Origin: a virus
Taxonomy: Duplodnaviria > Caudoviricetes
Length of the DNA: 64,000 bases
Strand: one strand, 5' to 3'
Virus record (IMG/VR): IMGVR_UViG_3300021255_001366
Coordinates: 32,001 to 96,000 of that record
Shown piece by piece: positions 18,225 to 26,965 of this stretch (its first letter is position 1; each line of letters opens with the position of its first letter). The translations under genes were made by a program, and so were the position numbers. The notes beneath the pieces were generated by a model. The model saw only the letters and a program-made list of their open reading frames with translations. It was not told where the DNA came from and did not search any database.

Positions 18225-21200
18225 TTAAAATCTATTTTTCATTAGACTATTATGACCAGTTGCTTGACCAAATGTAATCTCTTGAATGAAACTACTAAAT
18301 TGACCATCTTTCTTCATAGCCTCCTTAAACTGCTCATAGTTCTTAACATTCGGGAGGTTAATAGAAATAGCGTTTTGGTTGTTAATGGTATTACCATTAC
18401 CATTACCGTGAGGTATGATAGACTGAATGTCTTTAGCCGTAGGAACATCTGTCTTGGAGAGTTCCCACAACCTTTGAGCCATTTCATTGGTAAATACCAT
18501 ATCGCCAGAACCAAGAGGTGTTAACATTGCTCCATCTCCCGTACGGTAGATAAGCTCTTGTCCTTTCTCCTGAGTCCATGCTAACTGGTCGTGAGGAATC
18601 TTCTTAGATCCCTTCGCAAACTTATTGTAATGGTACGGACTAAGGTCACGGATACCGTGGTATCTTCCTACCCAAGCACCGCTATAAATATAACCTTCTC
18701 GTCCCATTTGGTTAACGATGTTCTGCACCTTATCAGCGTCGAATCCTTTTTGTCTCAAGCGGTTAAAGCGGTCTTGTCCGGAACCCCACCCGTAATTGCC
18801 ATTCCATATAGCAAGAGCAACACCATAATAATCCTTTTCAGAACGCTTAGGTGTTTGAGCTGCCTTAGCGGCGGCTTGCTTCTTAGCTGCGGCTTGTTGC
18901 TTAGCCTTCTCTGCTTCAGCAGCTTTCTGTTTAGCGGCGGCCTCAGCCCTAGCTTTTGCTTCTTGCTCTGCTTTGATTTGTTGTGCTTTCTTAATCGCAG
19001 CCTGACGTTCAGCTTCAACTTGTGCCTTGCCAGCGTCCGTCATACTGTATACGTAAGCCTTGATTTGGTCTATAGATGCCTTAACGGCAGTAGAATTCGT
19101 GTCGAACTTATTCATGAAGTCGGATACGAGAGTAGATATCTTATTGCTATTCAAGATGTCATTCAAAGGCTTTGTAATAGTATACGCAACCTTATCGGTT
19201 TCAACCTTAATAGTATCCTTAATAATGGCGGTATTCTCATTAGCGTTATCAATCATGTCATGCATAAGAGCATCAACATCATCAAGTCTTGCCATGAGTA
19301 CCTCTTCATACTCTTGTCGCATCTTAGAGATGAGTTCCTTAGTCTCGGAAATCATCTTTTCCCATTCGGTCTCTTCAAGTTCTTCACGAGCTTCATTTAA
19401 GTTGTTCTGCGTCTGCTGAATTGTCTTACGTGCCTCTTCAGAGTCATCCCCAGCATAGGCATTAAGCATCTTCTCCATGGAATTGATATTCTTGACTTGT
19501 TGCTCGATGTTCTTCGAGTAGTCATACATGTCTTTCTCTCTGTCCATAACCTCTTGATATTTATCAATCAGTTTATCGAGGTTCGACAAGTGTTCTTGGA
19601 TTCCCTTCTCTACAAGGTCTTTAACGGCATCCTTCATCTGCTCTGCTGATTTAATTGCATTCTGCTGAGCATCAACGAGCTGTTCATACCTCTCAATTAA
19701 GGACTTATTTCCAGGATCTTTCGCAATTTCTTTTTCAAGTTTACGACGCTCCTCAGCGTAATCCAATGCTTGACGCATAGCGGTTTCATATTGTACCGCA
19801 AACAATCCATTGGTTGCTTGACCACGATTAGTCAACCGTCCATCGTCCTCATAGAGTTTGTCGTTAGACATTAAATCTACAAGGAATTGTGCTTCACTTG
19901 TAATACGTGAAATGCGGCCTTCAATCCAGTCAAAGATTTCCCAATCAAGATTTCTTATTTCGTTATTAAACTTAACGAGAGCAGTAGTAGATTCCTCGAT
20001 AGCTTTCTCAACAGAAAGAATCTCTTGGTTCATAGAATTCCAAGCCGATGACCCCTTCTCTATAGCCCCACTAGCAACTGCTTCGTCACGTTTCTTTATT
20101 AATTCTTGATACTCTTGTGTAAGGTATCCAAGTTCCTCGTTTTCGTACTTAATGAGTTCCTTGTAATAATCCTTACTTACAAAGTATCCATGTTCTTGCG
20201 TTCTACTAATGCGCTCATCTATGATGTCTGCATATGAAGTAGCATACGCAATTAACTCTTCAAATTCGGATTTGATATTGTCGAACTTTGTTTCTGCGAG
20301 TTCACCAAGTTTAATGGTTAATGTTTGAACTGCATCATAACATTCAACAGCCTTATTAAACCACTGCTGATACAGATTGATTTTTTCAACAAGTGGTTCA
20401 TTGTTTTTAATTGTTTCAATATCAATCAAACCATTCCGAACTTTATATGCATACTCTTCGGACAAACCTACAGAGTTAGCTTCTTGTAAATATCTTTCAT
20501 AACCTCGTCGTTGGATATCAATTTCTTCGCGTACTCGATCCATCTCAGAGATAAGACTCTTGTTGCGCTTTGACCACAGCGTATATGTGTTCTCGGCAAC
20601 CTCATTAAGCCTTGCTATTTCTTCCTCGATGCGCTGAATCTTAACCTCAATCCAATCGAATGTTTCTTTAGCTTCGTCGGCACTCTGATCATCGCGACCG
20701 CCACCTGAATTTCCAGAACCACCAGGACTAGGAACATTAAATCTATCTCTCCAAGAAGATGATCCAGCACGACCTCCGGTACCAGCACCGTGATATTGTG
20801 TTCCACTAGCAAATGAACCCATCAACTGACCACGAGAGTTAATCTTATGACTTGACAATAACTGCCTTGTCTGTTCAGCGTTAAAAATGATATCGCCTTT
20901 GACAACTGGAATTACTTCCGCACCATTAGAACCGATAGGGTAAACTTTCCCATCACGAACAAGTAACTCTTCGCCAAGCTCGCCTACGAGAGACATACCG
21001 CTTTGTTGAACGTTAGAATTACCATATGCACTACCAATCCAAGAACTACCATGTTGAGGATTAGCTTTCGTTCCATTTGTTGTTACACGAATATTAAACG
21101 GTTGATTATTAAGAGAGCTTTGAATGCTTTGACGCAAAGAAATTATAGCGCCTGGAGCAAGATTCAATTGAGTCTTTACAGTCGCATGTGTATTATTTAT

Positions 21201-24200
21201 TGCGGTAACTAAAACATTAACATCTTTTTTTGCTTGTGTGGTATCTGCTCCAACTTCGACATCACCATTCTTAACAAAATCATTAACATCAATACTGTCA
21301 GTTTTTTCTTTAATTGATGCAACTATTCCACCAGCAGAAGCAGTATCCCAATTAATACCACTCAAACCAAGAGTAGATTTGTTCTCAATGCCTTGAAGGT
21401 CTTTCATTAAAGCGCTAAGTTTTTCTTCTGCGGCATCAGCTTCAGAAGAATCAATCTTCATCTCTCGGTTATACTCTACTTCGTTATATGTTTCGATAAA
21501 TTCTTGAACTAGTGAAATATCTTCAGAAAGAGTACCCTCGACATCACTAGCGTCAACATCCATAATTGTTGGACGTTCAAGTTCTTGCTTCTGACGCAAT
21601 AACGCAGCCATAGCAGTAGATGCTTGTTGCCATTCTTCCGTATCCGGCGTTAATGTATCTCTATATTCAGATATCTGTTCAAAATCGCCAAGAAGAGTAT
21701 CAATATCTTTAGAATCAAAATGAATTTTAAAAGGAGCAGAGATTTTTTTAGACACTGCCTTTTGAATATCTTCAGCATACGACTCTGCTTCTGTAACTAA
21801 TTCATCTCTAGATTTTTCAGACAATCTTAGTTCAAAATCAATACCTTGATTAAGTCTACGTTCTGTAGCATACAACTCTTCTTCAAGACTGCTTACATCG
21901 TATCCGGCCGCCTTTAATTCTTCAATAGACTTCTTGTAATCGTCCATCTTCTGACGTGCATCAACACTTTCGTCAGATATAGCAGTTAATCCGTCAACAA
22001 TGCTGTCAGAGATATTGTCAAAGTCTATATCAAAATCCCAAGCATCACTAGTAGCAAGCAAGAGATCAGTAGCAGCAGATACGCTCAAGTCCATACGTTT
22101 AGCGAATTCATCAATATTTTTTACATTAATCGCATAAACACCTTCGGCATCTTTAGTAATCATACCTTCGGTTTTTTCGACGGCATCATCTAAGAAATTA
22201 TAGATACCAGATATGTCTTCAGTAAAATATCTTTGACCACGCTCAATATATTCTTCGACCTTGTCAGCCCAATTCTCATCATAAACATCACTACCAAATT
22301 CCATGATGTCTGGATTGAATCCATAACCACCAAGATACTCCATGCCCTTGCGGAATTCATCTGTACCAGTCCAACCGGACTCAAATGACTTCTTAAGGTT
22401 TTCTACAGCAGAAGCAGCAGTATTAAAGTTATCAGACAAGTTGGGAGTCTCTGTTGCCTTAACGTATTCGTTAAGAGCAGACATCGTAGCACGGATTTGT
22501 GCCTCAAGCATATCATAACCATTGATTTCATCAGCTAATGCTTGTGATTTATCAAGGCTTGCTATCAATTCAGAACGCTCTGCATCTGTTAAATCCTTAG
22601 TAACATTAACATAATCACGAAGAGTTTGCTTACCTTGTGCACGAGCATTTTTGAGACGCTGAGTTTTACTGGTAAGTCTGTCTATGGTTTTGATTTCTTC
22701 GTTGTATTCTTTGACAGCAACAGCTTCTTTAAGTTCTGCACTAACAAGTGTCGCTTCGGCTACTTGCTCTGTATACTTCTGCATTGCTTCAGTATTGAGC
22801 ATAACTCCGTTGTCAGTAAACGTATATAATGATTCTTGTAAATCACCATAGGTTTGATTTAACTTTTGAAGTGTTTCATCTGTTAAATAACCCTGGTCTT
22901 TCTGTTCAGAAAGAGCAGTAGTAAGAGACTCGAACATAGCAGTGTTAAACGAGAGTTTTCCACGAGCCGAATTGTATGCTAAATCATCAATAAACGAATT
23001 CCACGCAGCAGTACCCTTCTTGAGAAGTTCTTCATCAATCTCTCCATTGTTAAGAGCGGCCACCCAAAGGTCGTAGCGATCGTCAGATAGGGTATTAATG
23101 AATCGCTCATACTCTTGTCTTAGTTTGCGTCCGTTATAATCCGCAGTCTGATTTCGCCTATCTGTTGTTACAGAGTCATCTAAAGTCCACGCATTTAATG
23201 CCTTATCTCTGCTTGTCATGAAGCCATCAACTTGAGCAAGTTCCATTAGTTTATCAATTGGAACATTCGGAAGAAGTTTTTGCAATATCTCTAATTGCTC
23301 ATTAATATCCGCTACACGATCAGCATAACTTACACCTTTCGCATTTTGAACTCTATTAATCTCATTTAAAATGTCTACGACTTGATCAGTATCTTGTTTA
23401 GATAATTGTTCGAATTGTTCGTTGATATCTTTAATTGCTTGACTTTGTTTTCCAACTGCGCCAAGTTCATCAGGTAATGCTCCATAATCATAGGTATCAA
23501 GCATTCTCTTATATAATTCTTGCTCTTTACCAGACAAAGAATTATAAAACTCATTTGCTTCTGTGGCATAAAACCGAGACATATACGTTCCAGCTTCTTG
23601 ATTAAAATTATGAAGCTGAGTAGTGTGCATTGTTAAATTTGTTCTAAATTCAGTCTCAACTTGCTTGAGTTCTTTTTCTAACCATGCTGATTGCTCCGCA
23701 GTAAGATGTTCATAATCAACACTGCCGTATATATTTTCAAGATGCCCGGTTAATTTTGATATATCTAGGAATTTGTACGAATCACCGCTTTCATCAAGTC
23801 GCCCAGATCGAATATCGGAAATAACCTTATTCAAGCTATCCATCTTTTCTTGGTATTCGTCAACCTTATCTTGAGCATCTTCGACATTAAGCATTGCTCC
23901 AGAGAATAAATCTTCAAATTGACTTGCAAATTCTGCATTGGCAATATCTTGACTCTTTTGAAGTAATTCGTCTAACGACCCAACAATAGTTCCAACAGTA
24001 CCATTAAGGTTAAGAAGCGCATTGCCATTTTCATCATATCCGTTTGTTAATTCAGGGAATATTTCTGCAAGCTGATTACTGATGTTTAAGAATTCAGCGT
24101 ACTCATCATTTGACAAAGTACCTTGGTTTTGTTGTGATGTACCAAGATTATTAACTTCTTGTGCAAGCTCAGCATAACGTTGTTTTACATTGTTTACCGT

Positions 24201-24695
24201 ATCAGAGTTTTGCTTCATAGAAGAATCAACATCATCAACAGCATCTTTGGCTTTTTTGTAATTCTCCCGGATGTATTTCTCAGGATGAAAAGCCTTATCT
24301 AATTGATCAAATAGAAAACCTACTCCAAATGTTACAGCAGCAGAAATTCCTCCAGCTATTAGACTGGTACCAATGTTCGTAATTAATCCAGTAAAGAAAT
24401 CCTTAAACTTAACGCCCATTTGACCAAGAACAGTATAGTTCTTTTGCATAGTCTTAACCATGGAAGCACCGTCGCCAATAGCATTGTTTAACTTAAGTTG
24501 GTCTTTTGCGGCGCCAATAATACGAGCATCAACGTTGTCGTACGCTTTTGCCATTTCGTCCAAGTCGGCGTCTTCAGCAACATCCTCTTCCTTCAACATC
24601 TTCAAGAAATCAGCATTGCCTTTTTCTTGTAATAATCCCTCAAAATATTTCTTAGATTTAAATATAGGCGTTTTATTCTCTGTATTTCCAAACAG
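18225..24695 (-). CDS. Tape measure protein, exon 3 (includes a CW_7-like repeat)
   Basis: No RBS; begins CTG TTT GGA right after the intron terminal G; coiled coil; LVGELGEEL and WTQEKGQE motifs. Confidence 0.85.
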   Translation of the reverse strand: MFGNTENKTPIFKSKKYFEGLLQEKGNADFLKMLKEEDVAEDADLDEMAKAYDNVDARIIGAAKDQLKLNNAIGDGASMVKTMQKNYTVLGQMGVKFKDFFTGLITNIGTSLIAGGISAAVTFGVGFLFDQLDKAFHPEKYIRENYKKAKDAVDDVDSSMKQNSDTVNNVKQRYAELAQEVNNLGTSQQNQGTLSNDEYAEFLNISNQLAEIFPELTNGYDENGNALLNLNGTVGTIVGSLDELLQKSQDIANAEFASQFEDLFSGAMLNVEDAQDKVDEYQEKMDSLNKVISDIRSGRLDESGDSYKFLDISKLTGHLENIYGSVDYEHLTAEQSAWLEKELKQVETEFRTNLTMHTTQLHNFNQEAGTYMSRFYATEANEFYNSLSGKEQELYKRMLDTYDYGALPDELGAVGKQSQAIKDINEQFEQLSKQDTDQVVDILNEINRVQNAKGVSYADRVADINEQLEILQKLLPNVPIDKLMELAQVDGFMTSRDKALNAWTLDDSVTTDRRNQTADYNGRKLRQEYERFINTLSDDRYDLWVAALNNGEIDEELLKKGTAAWNSFIDDLAYNSARGKLSFNTAMFESLTTALSEQKDQGYLTDETLQKLNQTYGDLQESLYTFTDNGVMLNTEAMQKYTEQVAEATLVSAELKEAVAVKEYNEEIKTIDRLTSKTQRLKNARAQGKQTLRDYVNVTKDLTDAERSELIASLDKSQALADEINGYDMLEAQIRATMSALNEYVKATETPNLSDNFNTAASAVENLKKSFESGWTGTDEFRKGMEYLGGYGFNPDIMEFGSDVYDENWADKVEEYIERGQRYFTEDISGIYNFLDDAVEKTEGMITKDAEGVYAINVKNIDEFAKRMDLSVSAATDLLLATSDAWDFDIDFDNISDSIVDGLTAISDESVDARQKMDDYKKSIEELKAAGYDVSSLEEELYATERRLNQGIDFELRLSEKSRDELVTEAESYAEDIQKAVSKKISAPFKIHFDSKDIDTLLGDFEQISEYRDTLTPDTEEWQQASTAMAALLRQKQELERPTIMDVDASDVEGTLSEDISLVQEFIETYNEVEYNREMKIDSSEADAAEEKLSALMKDLQGIENKSTLGLSGINWDTASAGGIVASIKEKTDSIDVNDFVKNGDVEVGADTTQAKKDVNVLVTAINNTHATVKTQLNLAPGAIISLRQSIQSSLNNQPFNIRVTTNGTKANPQHGSSWIGSAYGNSNVQQSGMSLVGELGEELLVRDGKVYPIGSNGAEVIPVVKGDIIFNAEQTRQLLSSHKINSRGQLMGSFASGTQYHGAGTGGRAGSSSWRDRFNVPSPGGSGNSGGGRDDQSADEAKETFDWIEVKIQRIEEEIARLNEVAENTYTLWSKRNKSLISEMDRVREEIDIQRRGYERYLQEANSVGLSEEYAYKVRNGLIDIETIKNNEPLVEKINLYQQWFNKAVECYDAVQTLTIKLGELAETKFDNIKSEFEELIAYATSYADIIDERISRTQEHGYFVSKDYYKELIKYENEELGYLTQEYQELIKKRDEAVASGAIEKGSSAWNSMNQEILSVEKAIEESTTALVKFNNEIRNLDWEIFDWIEGRISRITSEAQFLVDLMSNDKLYEDDGRLTNRGQATNGLFAVQYETAMRQALDYAEERRKLEKEIAKDPGNKSLIERYEQLVDAQQNAIKSAEQMKDAVKDLVEKGIQEHLSNLDKLIDKYQEVMDREKDMYDYSKNIEQQVKNINSMEKMLNAYAGDDSEEARKTIQQTQNNLNEAREELEETEWEKMISETKELISKMRQEYEEVLMARLDDVDALMHDMIDNANENTAIIKDTIKVETDKVAYTITKPLNDILNSNKISTLVSDFMNKFDTNSTAVKASIDQIKAYVYSMTDAGKAQVEAERQAAIKKAQQIKAEQEAKARAEAAAKQKAAEAEKAKQQAAAKKQAAAKAAQTPKRSEKDYYGVALAIWNGNYGWGSGQDRFNRLRQKGFDADKVQNIVNQMGREGYIYSGAWVGRYHGIRDLSPYHYNKFAKGSKKIPHDQLAWTQEKGQELIYRTGDGAMLTPLGSGDMVFTNEMAQRLWELSKTDVPTAKDIQSIIPHGNGNGNTINNQNAISINLPNVKNYEQFKEAMKKDGQFSSFIQEITFGQATGHNSLMKNRF

Positions 24696-24704
24696 CAAAA
24701 CTAA

Positions 24705-24733
24705 TTGAATATATGTCTATATGGTGTTAATAT
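24705..24733 (+). promoter_or_regulatory. sigmaA-like promoter of the intron-nested gene
   Basis: TTGAAT-17 nt-TAATAT with extended -10 TG. Confidence 0.55.
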
Positions 24734-24752
24734 TATATTAAGGAGGTGGATT

Positions 24753-25262
24753 ATGATGGAAGATAACGCAATAGTAGTATACTGCGATATGTGTAGGAAA
24801 AAAGAAACTAGTAACAATTTACACATTAAACGTATTGTCGCATTCAGAGAATACGACGATTTTAATGGCACATGTCCACGATGTGGTAATCAAAACTGTA
24901 AAATACTTCACTTGACACAGAGCGAGATTTCACCAATTTATGTTCATGCTGAGTGTGCGGGGCAAGACGAAGAGTATTTGATTAACAAAGTTTTCGAATT
25001 CGATGAACTCAAAAGAAATAATCCTGAGGAATTCGATAAGCTATGGCAACCATTAGAAGAATTTAGAATCAAAGAACTAGAACGCAGAAAAAATTCAAGA
25101 AGTAAAAATGATTCTAATTCGCCCAAATGCCCCACATGTGGAAGTACCAACGTCAAAAAAATCTCCGGAGGTAAGCGTTGGCTTGGAGTTGGATTATTTG
25201 GTCTTGCATCATCTAATATTGGCAAAACATATGAGTGTAAGAATTGCCAATACAAGTGGTAA
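24753..25262 (+). CDS. Double Zn-ribbon protein with Gly-rich hydrophobic segment, antisense inside intron 2
   Basis: AGGAGG RBS; CDMC/CPRC and CPTC/CKNC pairs; WLGVGLFGLAS. Confidence 0.85.
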   Translation: MMEDNAIVVYCDMCRKKETSNNLHIKRIVAFREYDDFNGTCPRCGNQNCKILHLTQSEISPIYVHAECAGQDEEYLINKVFEFDELKRNNPEEFDKLWQPLEEFRIKELERRKNSRSKNDSNSPKCPTCGSTNVKKISGGKRWLGVGLFGLASSNIGKTYECKNCQYKW

Positions 25263-25265
25263 TAC

Positions 25266-25294
25266 TTGACATCCACATCAGAAAGTACTACGAT
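25266..25294 (+). promoter_or_regulatory. Near-consensus sigmaA promoter
   Basis: TTGACA-17 nt-TACGAT. Confidence 0.65.
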
Positions 25295-25330
25295 ACAGAT
25301 GCCATACAATACGCCAAATCGCGTATTTGA

Positions 25331-25356
25331 GGAGGCGGGAGACCGTCTCCTTTTTT
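25331..25356 (+). terminator. Intrinsic terminator of the nested cassette
   Basis: GGAGGCGG-GAGA-CCGTCTCC-TTTTTT. Confidence 0.85.
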
Positions 25357-25787
25357 GACTTTTTATAGGATTCTCAGTCCTATTGTTTCGACTCTACCTT
25401 CATGCCTTTCGACACGCCCACTTGGGAGCCTGTGGGGGCGATTCTTGATAACTTGCCAAATCTGTCTTACTAACATCGAATTTTGATATTAATGTGTCAG
25501 ATTTGTCTAGTTATTAGACCATCTCCCTGCTGATTGAGTTATTGGGTAGTTTGCTTGCGCAAGTGAGAACCAATAACCTTTCCAGTCCTTGTAGGAGTCT
25601 CACGAACATCCTAGGGTCGGTAGTCACACCGATCCATATCAGTGGTACGAGAGGGACGAATGAAATATGTCCCATAAAAGTCTCGTTTGATTTTACTTGT
25701 ACACCCTACACCTTGCGGTGGTCTTTGTGTTTTACCTACGGTTGGTTAGCCGTAGCACGGGCGTGTACCTGAGCCTATTTGGATATA

Positions 25788-26358
25788 ACCCAGCTTTGAA
25801 AATTTGTTTGATAATACAAAAGTTCCGATTCCGGCAATTAGTGTTTTTAATGTGCCGAAAGAAGATATAAGGTCATTAACAATGCCTAAGATATTATTGC
25901 CAGTATCTATGAGTCCTTTTAAAAATCCAGAGTCTAATACTCCGGTAGCAAGTTCCTCTAGCGAAGCTTTGAGTCTATTTGTTGAATATTCAAGACCTTG
26001 TTCGAAATTGGCTTGTTCGCGCATTGCACTACCAGCAGAATTCTCTGCGGTGTTATATGCAGCTTCAAGAGTCTCGATATTATCAAGCACGGCGTAAAGA
26101 GCGTTTGCATTTCTTTTACCAGCTAATGCTTCTCCAAGAGATGCACGTTCAATGTCATCAAGATTCTTCCATTCTTTACCAATACCTATAAGGATATCAT
26201 AGATTGACTTAAATGTTTTCTGATCCGCTTCTAATATATCGAACCCGGTTAAACTCTTAACCAATCCCTGAAGTTTAGAAGTTGTTTCTGTAAACTCGTC
26301 AGTCTCTTCTCCGAGGTCTTCTAATTCTGTTGATGCACCACGTATGCGAGCACTTAAT
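25788..26358 (-). CDS. Tape measure protein, exon 2
   Basis: LSARIRGA...FKSIYDIL...LAGKRNAN...NSAGSA; continues exon 1 and exon 3 in frame. Confidence 0.88.
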
Positions 26359-26965
26359 CGTTTGTATTAACATTGTTCGCAACACAATGCTTTTATTATA
26401 TTAATTATATGTGATTAATTAAAAAACGTTCCATATTGTCATACTCCCAATACGGAACGCAAAAAGGTATTCTTTCTCAGGAGTATGCTGAGTAGAATAC
26501 TCTTTGTCGTATTTTTTCATAATAATATAATAAAACTCATAGTTTCCCATGAGACTAGACTATTTCTTCATCCTCTCTACAAAATAGAGTAGGAGTATAC
26601 CTTTTCGATTTAAGGGGATTTCACCCACGCCATTTGCGATTGCGCCCTACGATTATTGTTATGGATATTCAGGATTTCCACCCTTATTCTCTTGTCCATA
26701 ACTCGACGTGAATCTAGTCGTTGAACCTTTACCCTCGACTCAAGCACCGGATGGTCTCCGGAATACGTTAGGGTACTTGGCTGCAAGAACTACCATTTGC
26801 CTTCGCCAGTACTTAGGTTTTTGACCATATACCATCCTTACGTTGTTTCTACTTTCGTACCATCATAGCGTGATTTCTCCGCTATTGTGGTGTAAGGCTT
26901 TAGGTTTTACCTGCAATTAAATATATTCCATATGCACATTACTGTACATAAAGACATAAAAGTTT
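26359..26965 (-). mobile_element. Group I intron 1 of the tape measure gene (607 nt, no ORF, IA-like)
   Basis: P TAATTGCAGG (26919-26910), Q CTTGCAGCCAAG (26787-26776), R GGTTCAACGACTAG (26727-26714), S AAGAAATAGTC (26568-26558), P9 with GAAA loop, terminal G; splicing restores FKTLSARIRG. Confidence 0.9.

Larger units (their letters stand above)
24696..25787 (-). mobile_element. Group I intron 2 of the tape measure gene (1092 nt) with antisense cargo
   Basis: IGS TCCAAATAGGCTCAG (25783-25769) pairs with CTGGGT|CTGTTTGGA, U.G at the 5' site; P3 CCTAC/GTGGG; Q AATCAGCAGGG; P7 GGCTC/GAGTC; P8 with GAAA loop; P9.0 GAAAC/GTTTT; terminal G 24696. Confidence 0.85.

Noticed and set aside
26917-26965. 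Natural stop or frameshift ending the 2388 aa ORF
   Set aside because: The last 15 residues are read-through into intron 1; the 607 nt gap has a full group I core
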